Virus record (IMG/VR): IMGVR_UViG_3300037743_000290
Location: 1 to 38,976 of that record
Source of the DNA: an uncultured virus (IMG/VR IMGVR_UViG_3300037743_000290)
Reading direction: 5' to 3' (one strand)
DNA length: 38,976 bases
Shown here: one piece after another, positions 17,032-25,381 of the stretch
Position numbering within the stretch: the stretch's first letter is position 1
How the letters are laid out: each line of letters begins with the position of its first letter
Notes under the pieces: generated by a model
Told to the model about the DNA's origin: nothing
The model's database searches: none
What the model saw: only the letters and a program-made list of their open reading frames with translations
Position numbers and translations under genes: made by a program

Positions 17032-18807
17032 CTACCCGTATGCCTGCAAGAAGAGTTGCAGCGATGGGTCCGTACGCAGTTCGATGAGGGCCTGCGCCAG
17101 GGTGTCCACGCGGTCATTCCGTGCGCCCTTGGGAAAGACGGCGAACTGGGCCACGAACTCCTCGAGCCATGGCGCACCTTCGAGCAGGTACACGTCACCG
17201 GCCTCGATCTGCGGCTGGGCCAGGGCCGCGCGGGCGTCCTTGCTCACGGTCGGCGTGATTGGCTTGACCCCCGTGATTCCAGCGTCCTGCAGTACCTCGA
17301 TCATGGCCGGGCCAAGCGCGGCATCCTCGATGACCAGCCTGGTCGCCTCGGGGTACTCTCGCCAGAGCTGCACCACGATGTGGCACGCTTCCATGAAGGA
17401 ATGGTGCCCGGTTCGGTCCGCAAGCACGAACCGGCGATTCTTGTGCGCGCCGATGACCAGGATCGATGTCTCCGAGCCCTTCAGCGTTTTCTTGCCGGAC
17501 GAGTCCACCGAGATGAGCGCTGTCTCCATGGTGGGCAGGTCAACGGCAGGCGCATTCGTGCAGCCGTCCGGGCGCCGGGCTGCCATCGGTATGCCGGCCG
17601 GCTTCCAGAAGCGCCACCATGAGCGCTGAAACATGCCCCCTGTCGCCGGCTCGGGGTCCTGGTCGTACTGCGCCGAGAATCCATAGGACCCCAGCCGCAC
17701 GCGCTCGCTGTTGACCACGTCCTCGATCCAGCGCACGGGGTCCATGATCTCGTTCTCGGCCTTGCGCGGGTCACTCCACGTCTTGACACCAGCCCGATTG
17801 TATCGACCCTCGTCGTCCACCGGCATGGCCGTGCTGCAGGCTTTGGCCGGAGCGAAGCGAAGCGGCACGCGGAGGTTGCACCAGCGTGGCTGCGCCGGGT
17901 CTTCTTCGGCGGCTTTGATCACGTAGCCGCCCCAGTCGAGTTGGTGGACGCGCTGCATGATGCCGATGCGCAGCGATGACCGCATGTCCCGCACACGGTT
18001 CCAGATGGCGTTCTTCCAGCGCGTAATCACGGCATCGCGTTGGACCGCGGAGTTCACCTCTTCCGCGTCGTGCGGGTCGTCGATGATCAGGCAGTCGCCG
18101 CCCTCGCCAGTGATCGCTGAGAACCATCCGCGCGACTTGCGATAGCCAAGCTTCTCCATGCTGCCGGTGCCATCCGGCCGCTCGATGCCGAAGTCGCTTA
18201 CGGCATCACGGTCATCCTTGAGCACCCAGGTTGGCGCAAACCAGGACTGGTACCAGCCGGATGTGATGAGATCGCGCGAGTCGCGGGCGCTGTCGGCCGA
18301 AACGCGCGGGTTCGCCGACAGGCAGATGAACGTCATCTCGGGCCAGTCGAGCCATGCCCACGCGGGCGCGCACACGCTCACGATCTTGGTCTTGAGCGAG
18401 CGCGGCGGCACGTTCTCCAGCAGGTTCTGCACCGCCATGCGATACGGTCGCTCTTGCTCAATCAGGCGACCATCGGCCCGAGTCGCGAGAATGCCCTGCG
18501 CTGCCATCGCTTGCACGGTGGCGTCGGTGCGCCTCGCCTGCGCGTACCGATTCAGGCCGCGCACGTGCTCGTGGATTTCCTCGACCTTTACCGGCCCGCC
18601 GTCGCGCAGCAGGGTCGTGATCTCCACCGACATCCGCTTGATGGCCCACTCCTCGAACGCCCACTGCACGTGATCACAGATCGCGTCGAGGTGCCACGAC
18701 CAGTCGAGCGGCGTGCCCGGCTCCAGCGCCTGCCATGCGTAGCGCACAAAGTCCGAGAGCCGGTTGCGCGCCTTGGCCGCGCGCACGCCTATCAGGCTCG
18801 GTGGCAT
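17032..18807 (-). CDS. terL: Terminase large subunit
   Basis: Walker A-like VPPRSLKT, Walker B LIIDDPH, coupling motif IMQR, and RNase H-like nuclease acidic residues (ISVD, IED, NDRVD). Confidence 0.93.
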   Translation of the reverse strand: MPPSLIGVRAAKARNRLSDFVRYAWQALEPGTPLDWSWHLDAICDHVQWAFEEWAIKRMSVEITTLLRDGGPVKVEEIHEHVRGLNRYAQARRTDATVQAMAAQGILATRADGRLIEQERPYRMAVQNLLENVPPRSLKTKIVSVCAPAWAWLDWPEMTFICLSANPRVSADSARDSRDLITSGWYQSWFAPTWVLKDDRDAVSDFGIERPDGTGSMEKLGYRKSRGWFSAITGEGGDCLIIDDPHDAEEVNSAVQRDAVITRWKNAIWNRVRDMRSSLRIGIMQRVHQLDWGGYVIKAAEEDPAQPRWCNLRVPLRFAPAKACSTAMPVDDEGRYNRAGVKTWSDPRKAENEIMDPVRWIEDVVNSERVRLGSYGFSAQYDQDPEPATGGMFQRSWWRFWKPAGIPMAARRPDGCTNAPAVDLPTMETALISVDSSGKKTLKGSETSILVIGAHKNRRFVLADRTGHHSFMEACHIVVQLWREYPEATRLVIEDAALGPAMIEVLQDAGITGVKPITPTVSKDARAALAQPQIEAGDVYLLEGAPWLEEFVAQFAVFPKGARNDRVDTLAQALIELRTDPSLQLFLQAYG

Positions 18808-19091
18808 CAGTCCTTTGGGGCTTCGGCGCGCGCCTCGGCCAGGAGCTTCCGCGCCAGGTCGTTGATATCTGAATAGTCGATCGGCGGGATGCGCCTCTCC
18901 GAGAGGTGTTCAACCCAGCCAAGACCGTAGCCGAGCAGGCTGCCGTCTGCGCCGAATCGGGAGTAGACGACGAACAGGCGAGCGGGCCGGCGGCGGGTCT
19001 GAAAGAACCGCAGGACGGCGTTGGCGGACACCTTCCACCATGGCCGGTGCGGCCCCGGCGGGACGAGCGTCGCGGCGGTGCTACGCATCAT
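18807..19091 (-). CDS. Hypothetical protein (94 aa)
   Basis: ATGA overlap upstream and TGATG overlap with terL. Confidence 0.55.
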   Translation of the reverse strand: MMRSTAATLVPPGPHRPWWKVSANAVLRFFQTRRRPARLFVVYSRFGADGSLLGYGLGWVEHLSERRIPPIDYSDINDLARKLLAEARAEAPKD

Positions 19092-19333
19092 CCAGGCTCC
19101 GGTTGATAGCCGCACGACATCGGCGTCCATGCTTTCCATTCTCCACACCGGATCTGATTAGCGAGATCTCGGTTTCCTCGTGCGCTGGCCTCGCAGATAG
19201 ACGACTGCACAAAATTACCATCCGCAGCGAGCCGCTCAGCCGTCGCCAAGTCATCTCGCGCGCGACGATCGAACCACGCGGCAATCTTCTCGGTCGCGTC
19301 CTCATAGCCCATGTGATAGTGCACCTGACTCAT
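19088..19333 (-). CDS. Hypothetical protein (81 aa)
   Basis: ATGA overlap with the terS stop; AAGGAG RBS. Confidence 0.6.
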   Translation of the reverse strand: MSQVHYHMGYEDATEKIAAWFDRRARDDLATAERLAADGNFVQSSICEASARGNRDLANQIRCGEWKAWTPMSCGYQPEPG

Positions 19334-19671
19334 GCCCGCTCCTTGTCCATCTCGCGCTGGGCGCGCTCGAGCAGCTTCTCTAGTTGGTCCATCTCCTTCG
19401 CGCTCAGCTTGCTGTAGTCGTACTCGGGCGGCGTCACCTCAACCACTTCGACCGTCTGCCGCGGCTTGCCCCACCCGCGCTCGGCCAGGAACCTGGCCGC
19501 TGCCAGTTGGTCCTTGGTGGTCTCCTTGCCGTTGATCATGACGTTGAGTGCGAACTTGATGATCTGGTCCGGGTCCACGAGATCTCGCACCCGGCGCTCG
19601 AACCCCTTGGCCCTCCCTCCCGGGTTGCCGCTCTGTCCCTTCTTGAAAGGTCGTCCTACTATGCTGCTCAT
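19330..19671 (-). CDS. terS: Putative terminase small subunit (DUF5681-like N-terminus)
   Basis: 'GRPFKKGQSGNPGGR', 'AARFLAERGWGKPRQ' and 'DYSKLS.KE'; first gene of the packaging operon. Confidence 0.75.
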   Translation of the reverse strand: MSSIVGRPFKKGQSGNPGGRAKGFERRVRDLVDPDQIIKFALNVMINGKETTKDQLAAARFLAERGWGKPRQTVEVVEVTPPEYDYSKLSAKEMDQLEKLLERAQREMDKERA

Positions 19672-19807
19672 GTTGCACCTGTGTTGCTGTGAGCGTACTA
19701 CACCGACAGCGCCACACAGCATGAAAGTTTCTCAGATATGTGCTACTCACTGTAAGCCACCTGCTTGACAGGACGCCACCACTCAATAGACCATCTCGCG
19801 CACGTTT

Positions 19808-20041
19808 TCATGCGGAGTACAACAAGCCCGCGCTGATCCCGGCAGTGCTGGGATCCGGTTTGTCGAATGGCCCGCACCACAGCGTAGGGCCGTCCACCTC
19901 GAATACCTTGCCATCGCTGTACCAGTAGGTGCCAGTCCCCGTGAATTTCACGAAGGCTTGCTCTTCACTCGGCAGCAGCACGACGTAGGTTCCAGGCACA
20001 GGTGGCGAGGTCGGCATACCGGTCCAGAAGGTGTCAATCAT
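19808..20041 (-). CDS. Hypothetical protein (77 aa)
   Basis: ATGA overlap; 'W...P..PGTYVV...W.GP' is common in small phage early proteins. Confidence 0.55.
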   Translation of the reverse strand: MIDTFWTGMPTSPPVPGTYVVLLPSEEQAFVKFTGTGTYWYSDGKVFEVDGPTLWCGPFDKPDPSTAGISAGLLYSA

Positions 20042-20205
20042 CTTGGCATCCCCCCACACATTTTGCAGAGTAGCGAGCGAACGAGTTCCTCTGTCGTAAT
20101 CGCTGCGCCATTCGGGAACGCGCGATACATCGGGATGCGCGGCTCGACGCACACACAGCGATGAACCGGCGCTGCCCGGGGCGGAGGCGGCAGTCGTACC
20201 GGCAT
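20038..20205 (-). CDS. Small Cys-rich protein (55 aa)
   Basis: TGATG overlap; HxCxC...CxxC. Confidence 0.5.
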   Translation of the reverse strand: MPVRLPPPPRAAPVHRCVCVEPRIPMYRAFPNGAAITTEELVRSLLCKMCGGMPR

Positions 20206-20396
20206 CACCTGCCTCCAATCCGGTTGCAGCGCCAGCACAGGGCCGGCCGGTAGCCTCGGGCGTCGATGGTGCGCGAGCACGTGCGCATGGTCGAGGGGCC
20301 TTTGCAGGTTGGGCAGCGAGCGCCGTAGGGCATCGTGGCCACGAATACGGCAGCGCCTACGCACACCGCGGCGAGGGTACAAGCAGCTATCAGCAT
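20205..20396 (-). CDS. Membrane-anchored zinc-ribbon protein (63 aa)
   Basis: Hydrophobic N-terminus followed by CPTC...CWRC. Confidence 0.55.
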   Translation of the reverse strand: MLIAACTLAAVCVGAAVFVATMPYGARCPTCKGPSTMRTCSRTIDARGYRPALCWRCNRIGGR

Positions 20397-20420
20397 CAGA
20401 AAAGCTCCGGTTGCAAGGAG

Positions 20421-21206
20421 TCACTCCAGGACCCGGTATAGGGTCTCGGGCGCGTTGATCACGCCTGGTTTCCAGTGGAGCCACTCCACCGGGTGAGGGT
20501 AGCCGTTGGTCGGTTGTCCACCGCGTATCGAGGCCAGTCGCTGACGCCCAGCACAGCGCAGGATAGCGCTCGGCATGTGATCTCGAAACCACGCGGGCCG
20601 CTCGCCGTCCAAGCACTCGCGCGTGCACGTGAGCGCGACGATATGCGCCACCGGCCAAAGCCGGCGCATGCGCTCGACGAGGCCCATCGTGGTCCACCCA
20701 TACCAGGGCAGATTTGTGATGCACACGCTCACGCCCTTGTCCGGGCCATGCGCCGGGTTCGCCAGCGGGTCTGTCCAATCACGCAGGTCGCTGCCCTCAT
20801 GGGCCCAGATTCGGCCGTGTGCGCCCATCTGCCCGGGCCCGCCGCTATTCCACGCTGTGTCCCTAGTGTATAGCCATGGGTGTTCGGCCAGAGCATCGAG
20901 GCCGGCGTTGCGGCGCAGTTCAATGGCCGTCCAAAACGTCGGCCTGGGCTTCTCGGCCGCGTCACACCACTTGGCCACGTGCTTGATGATCGCCCCGTCG
21001 CCCGCACATGGCTCGGCCCAGTGGCCTGACGGCAGCGGCAAGGCGTCGAGAAGCTGGCGCACTGTCTCGTAGCTCGTGGCGCGGAACTGGTGCCGCTCCG
21101 CCTCGGCGGCGTCCATGTCGCTGGCGTCCTGCTCAAACAGAACGAGTTGCGGACGTTCGAGGCCCGCGGCTCGGGTCTCGGCGCGCTGGCGCTGGAATGC
21201 GGTCAC
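20421..21206 (-). CDS. SAM-dependent amino-methyltransferase-like protein with atypical catalytic motif NLPW
   Basis: Motif I WAEPCAGDGAI, motif II 'AIELR', motif IV-like CITNLPW, and a C-terminal 'R...W.HW' as in small phage DNA methyltransferases. Confidence 0.7.
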   Translation of the reverse strand: MTAFQRQRAETRAAGLERPQLVLFEQDASDMDAAEAERHQFRATSYETVRQLLDALPLPSGHWAEPCAGDGAIIKHVAKWCDAAEKPRPTFWTAIELRRNAGLDALAEHPWLYTRDTAWNSGGPGQMGAHGRIWAHEGSDLRDWTDPLANPAHGPDKGVSVCITNLPWYGWTTMGLVERMRRLWPVAHIVALTCTRECLDGERPAWFRDHMPSAILRCAGRQRLASIRGGQPTNGYPHPVEWLHWKPGVINAPETLYRVLE

Positions 21207-21361
21207 GACATCCCCTTCCGCAGCTCATCCGCCAGCGCCCGGGCCATCGCGTTGCCCTGCTCGCGCGCATCCAGTGGCAGGTCGTAGGCGGGCGGGATCG
21301 GCTCCACAAGCGGGCACAGCGCCGAGCGCTCGAGAGCACCACAGCGGTTGCAGGAGTTCAT
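21203..21361 (-). CDS. Small Cys-containing protein (52 aa)
   Basis: ATGA overlap and GGAGG RBS; stop overlaps the methyltransferase GTG. Confidence 0.55.
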   Translation of the reverse strand: MNSCNRCGALERSALCPLVEPIPPAYDLPLDAREQGNAMARALADELRKGMS

Positions 21362-21732
21362 TGTGCCTCCTCCATGCGCCACGCCAGGCAGCGCTCGAGT
21401 AGTCGCTCTTTCGCCCTGGGTGAAAGACCCTCCATGCACGGGCCACCGGCCGTCATGTCTGGGAACAGGTTCTCCTCGAGCTGCTCCCAGAGCTCGCGGT
21501 AGGCGTAGCCGTCGCACGCGAAATGGTCGCGGATCTCGCGGCAGAGTGCGCACGTGCGAAACGTGGACCACTCGTCATCCCAGAGCCCGCGCGTGTACTC
21601 GTATCGCTCGCCGGGCTTGATCGCGCCGCCGCACTCGCAGCACACGTGCTCCTTGGCCGCGCGGCGCATCTCTTGGGTCCATGCGGCGGGCGCCGCGTCG
21701 TCGTAGCCGTACAGGGCACAGCAAACGGTCAT
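21358..21732 (-). CDS. Zinc-finger protein (124 aa)
   Basis: 'RRAAKEHVCCECGGAIKPGERY...TCALC' phage zinc-finger pattern; coupled start. Confidence 0.7.
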   Translation of the reverse strand: MTVCCALYGYDDAAPAAWTQEMRRAAKEHVCCECGGAIKPGERYEYTRGLWDDEWSTFRTCALCREIRDHFACDGYAYRELWEQLEENLFPDMTAGGPCMEGLSPRAKERLLERCLAWRMEEAQ

Positions 21733-21896
21733 GGCTCGACCTCCTTGATCGGCTCGAGGCCGTAGTAGCTGCAATCGTAGGCAACCCGGGCCGTGCCGTC
21801 GCACTCACCACATGGCGTAATTTCGTTGTCGGCCAGGTCTGGGTGCATAAACCCGGGCGTGTCCAGGCAAAAAGGGCAGGGCCAGAGCGTGGTCAT
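21729..21896 (-). CDS. Zinc-ribbon miniprotein (55 aa)
   Basis: CPFC...CGECDGT; ATGA coupling. Confidence 0.6.
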   Translation of the reverse strand: MTTLWPCPFCLDTPGFMHPDLADNEITPCGECDGTARVAYDCSYYGLEPIKEVEP

Positions 21897-22126
21897 GGCA
21901 GCACCTCGTCGATCATGGATCCTGGGGACTCGTAGTCCTCGCAGAACCAACAGGGCTGGCCGGCGAGCTCTGGCGGCGCCGTGTACCCGCACTCGGTACA
22001 GATCACTTCGGCCGATGTCTCGTATCGTTTCCGCGGAAGCCTCATCCCCGGAGGCCCCGGACACCATCCCGTGCATCGTTCTCGACCACATCCTGGGCAT
22101 TCATCAATGGGCGTATCTACCATCAT
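21893..22126 (-). CDS. Cys-rich miniprotein (77 aa)
   Basis: CPGC..C..C, CTEC and CWFC; ATGA coupling. Confidence 0.6.
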   Translation of the reverse strand: MMVDTPIDECPGCGRERCTGWCPGPPGMRLPRKRYETSAEVICTECGYTAPPELAGQPCWFCEDYESPGSMIDEVLP

Positions 22127-22701
22127 GGCTGCACCTCGGTCGGCTCCTCGGGCTCGCAGAAGGCGGCGCGAATCTCCGCGACATTGAGGCGCATGCCGTC
22201 GCTCCATCCATGGCGGATCTCTGCGACCGCAACGAACTCGTCGCCGGCCCACCAGCCCATTTCGTGCTGATCCTCGCCCTCGCCGGGATCCCACGTCCAC
22301 GGCTCGCCGTTCAAAGCGTCAGGCCACAGCCGGAGCCTGAGCTTGCGCACGGGGCAAGACTTAGCGTGCTCTCTCCACGGCAGCGTGCGAATGGCGTCGG
22401 GCGCCACGAAAGGAACCCGCGTCCGGCACGAGCACAGAAGCTCGCGCGGGCTCTTGGCGTTGTCGGGGAGGCGAACATCAACCATGGCATCCGGATCCAG
22501 CAAAACAGGCCCGCTTCCTCGATATCCTCGTAGGCTGAATGCTTCCCAGCAAGGTTTCCCGTTGACCAGCGACCTGCACGCGCGGAGATAGGCAACAGGT
22601 TCCCATTCCCATTGCGCGCCAACAGGAAACTCTAACAACATCCTCGGCACCACCTCCCGGGCCGGGATCGTGTAGACGCGGTCAGGCTGCTTTTTTCTCA
22701 T
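22123..22701 (-). CDS. Hypothetical protein (192 aa)
   Basis: ATGA overlaps at both ends. Confidence 0.6.
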   Translation of the reverse strand: MRKKQPDRVYTIPAREVVPRMLLEFPVGAQWEWEPVAYLRACRSLVNGKPCWEAFSLRGYRGSGPVLLDPDAMVDVRLPDNAKSPRELLCSCRTRVPFVAPDAIRTLPWREHAKSCPVRKLRLRLWPDALNGEPWTWDPGEGEDQHEMGWWAGDEFVAVAEIRHGWSDGMRLNVAEIRAAFCEPEEPTEVQP

Positions 22702-23180
22702 ACTCCGACTCCAAAGAAGTACGCCAACGCGCTCCCTGGCAAGACCGCGTCTTCGCGCAGCTTCTCGATCGCCTCAGGGCGTAGCCACTGCGGTGGACCG
22801 TGCTTCTCGGGCTCCATGACCCACGGCTCCGACCAAGGCACCAGATCGGCACGCACGTTGACCAGGACCAGGTCGCTCGATACATCGAGCAGGATCTGCC
22901 GCACCTCGACACGACCGATCTGGCAACCGATCTCCTCGAGCACTTCGCGCCGCGCAGCCTGCTCGATGGTCTCGCCACGCTCGACTACACCACCTGGCGC
23001 CATCCACAAGCCAGCACACCGGCCCGCATCGTCATGACGGCGCATAAGCAGGTAGGCCCCGTCCTCATTACGACTGAACACGGTCACGGCCACGCGCTTG
23101 TTGTGTTCTAGGTGCGCCACACGACGGCGCACCCGCGCGAGTTCCTCCATGACATGCACTATTTGAGGACACTTTCTCAT
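22698..23180 (-). CDS. NUDIX hydrolase
   Basis: Complete Nudix box GGVVERGETIEQAARREVLEEIG and a 'MEPEKH...W' motif; start at ATG 23180. Confidence 0.9.
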   Translation of the reverse strand: MRKCPQIVHVMEELARVRRRVAHLEHNKRVAVTVFSRNEDGAYLLMRRHDDAGRCAGLWMAPGGVVERGETIEQAARREVLEEIGCQIGRVEVRQILLDVSSDLVLVNVRADLVPWSEPWVMEPEKHGPPQWLRPEAIEKLREDAVLPGSALAYFFGVGV

Positions 23181-23443
23181 CGCTCCACACCCTTCCCCGG
23201 CGTCAACACGCCGTTGCGCTTGGCCCACTCGCGAAAGCAGCGCACCACGTCACGCCCCTTGAGCACCACGACAGCCGCATCCGCGTCTTCCCTCCGCTCA
23301 CCGGCAAAGCTAAAGATCAAAACGGGATCGGTGTCTCCGCTCGCCTTGCGAATTAGTTGCCGTACGGTCCGCTCACCCTTGGAGTCAGGCCACTCATCGG
23401 CAAGACGGGCCGGGCGCCTGTCTCTCATCGTGCCTTCGCTCAT
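23177..23443 (-). CDS. Hypothetical protein (88 aa)
   Basis: ATGA coupling on both sides. Confidence 0.55.
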   Translation of the reverse strand: MSEGTMRDRRPARLADEWPDSKGERTVRQLIRKASGDTDPVLIFSFAGERREDADAAVVVLKGRDVVRCFREWAKRNGVLTPGKGVER

Positions 23444-23670
23444 CGCGGCACCCTGCGCAAGCCGTGTACCAAAGCAGCAAACTCGGGTACCCTCTTGGTT
23501 CCTTGCCCCCACTTCTCGTGTTTGTGTGCGCGCGAAATTTGACCGAAGGCATAGCGCACAACGTCGCCTTTGCGCTTCGTGGTTTCGAGCTTGGTCACTC
23601 GAACGTAGCCCCGCGTGCGTTCGTTGCGGAACTCGTCACCTGGTTTTAGGTCCTCGGCAAAATAAAGCAT
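23440..23670 (-). CDS. Hypothetical protein (76 aa)
   Basis: TGATG overlap with the helicase-loader stop; 'AEDLKPGD' SH3/OB-like start. Confidence 0.55.
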   Translation of the reverse strand: MLYFAEDLKPGDEFRNERTRGYVRVTKLETTKRKGDVVRYAFGQISRAHKHEKWGQGTKRVPEFAALVHGLRRVPR

Positions 23671-24341
23671 CACGTGCCTCTCATGTCTTTGCCCTCGATC
23701 GTGCGCCAGCAACCTGGCACGCCGACAAAGCGGGATTGAATACGTTTGCTATTGTACCGCGCAAATAGCTTTTCTGGCACTAAATTCGTAGTCACGATGA
23801 ACGGCGGCCGACCCTGGGTGAACCTGTTGACCATCGCGTCTAATCTATTCTTGAAGCTCTCGAACTGCTTGACCCTGGTCTCATCCTCGGTGCCAAGGTC
23901 ATCGAGTACAAGCGCTGTCGCGTCCTGCCAGCTCACGTCCCACGGCGGTGCGTCCATGAACGCCGGGGCCTCGATAAACCACGGGTTGCGCCCGCCTTGG
24001 TGTAGCAGGAAGTGCAGCGCAGCCATCGTCTTGCCTGTTCCTGTCGGGCCGGATAGGACCACGGTCGAGCGCCCGGGGCGTAGGTCCCGCAGCGCGCGCA
24101 CCGCCAACAGCGACTCGTCGAAGCGCGGCCACGGCGGACGGGATAGCAACTTGTCCAGCAGCTCGCCAGGCGCGCCCTGGTCGAGCAACTTGGCGACCAT
24201 GCGGTCGATTCGCTGGCGCTCGAGCTCGGCCGCTTCCCGCTCACGCTCTGCTCGGATCCGGGCGTCTCGTGCGTCCCAGTCGCCCTCCGAGCGCGGCGCG
24301 TTGGGCAGGTACGTCTTCAGAACGGCGGCGAATAGGCTCAC
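23670..24341 (-). CDS. DnaC/IstB-like AAA+ helicase loader
   Basis: GTGA overlap with the initiator; Walker A GPTGTGKT, Walker B LVLDDLG, sensor IVTTNL and RIQSRF. Confidence 0.88.
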   Translation of the reverse strand: MSLFAAVLKTYLPNAPRSEGDWDARDARIRAEREREAAELERQRIDRMVAKLLDQGAPGELLDKLLSRPPWPRFDESLLAVRALRDLRPGRSTVVLSGPTGTGKTMAALHFLLHQGGRNPWFIEAPAFMDAPPWDVSWQDATALVLDDLGTEDETRVKQFESFKNRLDAMVNRFTQGRPPFIVTTNLVPEKLFARYNSKRIQSRFVGVPGCWRTIEGKDMRGT

Positions 24342-25381
24342 GGCTTGATGCTCCTGAGATCCACGATGTTGGTGCCTGGTATGTGCGGCAAAGCGGCAAA
24401 TTCCTCGCGCGTCCCCGGCTCCCTGGTTTTGCCCAGTGTTTGGCGCCCTGGTTTCCCCATGCGCGGCACGTATTCGGCCAGGTAGCGCGGGAAGTTGGAC
24501 GGCCGCATCAGCGTGCTCGGCTGGAGCCATCGGCTGTTCTCTGGGTCGTCGCGCCACAGTTCGACCATGGCCCGGACCACGAGTCGGGCCTCGTCGGCCG
24601 TGTGGCCGGCGCGGATGAGCTTGCGCGCGGCGTCGAGGATATACTGGGCGTTTTGGTCGTGCCGCGTGCCGAGTGCCGCGTTCAGCTCGGACACCAGCGC
24701 AAAGGCCAGACCACTGGCGCGCCCGGCGAGTTCGGGACTTGGCTTTGAGCGGGCCGCCTTGGGCCGTTTCTTTGCCGACCCTATGCCAGGGTCCACCCCG
24801 GGCAAGAAATCCCCGCCACGGGCCGGGGGTGCAGCCTCGTGAGAACCCATGGGCTCCGGCTGGACAGCCTCGGTGCCAGGCAGGGCACGCCCAGCGGCGA
24901 GCGATGGGGCGGGGGGTAGGGGGGTAGTTCTTTTCTCCCGTTTCCCCGTTTCCCCGTTCCTTAGGGTCACCTTGCGGTCACCTTGCGGACACTCATCGGA
25001 CACCTTGAGGACACCTTGAGGACACCTTGAGGACACCGGCTCTCCAAAATCGCCGTAAGAACGCACGGTTACGACCGTTCCGATGCGGTCACCATTTGCG
25101 CTGATCAGGCCGAGCGTTTCCAGTCGCGCGATGGCTTTGCCCGCAGCCGTTTTTGACACCCCAATGGACCGGCCAATCTCTTCGCGCCCGACAAGGGCCT
25201 GACCGCGCTCGAGGTGCACATTGCCGCGAGATCCGCGCCGCCATCCTGGCTCATGAGCAGCTCGAGCGAGGATTACCACGTAACACGCCATGGCCACGTG
25301 GTCCCGCACCAGGGGCTCGAAGGCGGACACGTCCCGAGGCAGGGGCGCATAGCCGCGGCCGTGATCGAGGGGGTAGGTCAC
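24338..25381 (-). CDS. Replication initiator protein (lambda O-like organisation)
   Basis: N-terminal wHTH ('LERGQ...GREEIG...AIARLETLGLI'), central iteron linker and C-terminal 'W..DP....WLQPSTL.RPSNF.RYL' domain; followed by a DnaC-like loader. Confidence 0.85.
   Translation of the reverse strand: MTYPLDHGRGYAPLPRDVSAFEPLVRDHVAMACYVVILARAAHEPGWRRGSRGNVHLERGQALVGREEIGRSIGVSKTAAGKAIARLETLGLISANGDRIGTVVTVRSYGDFGEPVSSRCPQGVLKVSDECPQGDRKVTLRNGETGKREKRTTPLPPAPSLAAGRALPGTEAVQPEPMGSHEAAPPARGGDFLPGVDPGIGSAKKRPKAARSKPSPELAGRASGLAFALVSELNAALGTRHDQNAQYILDAARKLIRAGHTADEARLVVRAMVELWRDDPENSRWLQPSTLMRPSNFPRYLAEYVPRMGKPGRQTLGKTREPGTREEFAALPHIPGTNIVDLRSIKP
24933..25037. repeat. Putative replication origin: seven tandem 11-bp iterons GG(A/T)CACCTTG(A/C) plus 8-bp TTTCCCCG repeats
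   Basis: Units start at 24965, 24976, 24987 (degenerate), 24998, 25009, 25020 and 25031 (partial). Strand-biased TTTCCCCG repeats at 24933-24960. All lie inside the initiator gene. Confidence 0.8.

Noticed and set aside
14280-17622. Long plus-strand ORFs opposite portal and terL (472 and 491 aa), and similar ones at 2707-3651, 8737-9945, 31630-32946 and 34644-35504
   Set aside because: These are antisense shadows of high-GC genes. They have no motifs or RBS, and the opposite strand carries recognisable phage proteins.
18442-18639. Intein or intron in terL
   Set aside because: Too short, no C/S...HN splice termini, and the frame is uninterrupted.
21729-22140. Three consecutive proteins ending EVEP, EVLP and EVQP as a shared C-terminal signal
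   Set aside because: Explained by the GAGGT Shine-Dalgarno plus CCATGA stop/start overlap of the next gene.
24965-25037. Tandem repeats as a CRISPR array or VNTR
   Set aside because: The units are 11 bp with no spacers and there are no cas genes; location in the initiator linker fits iterons.
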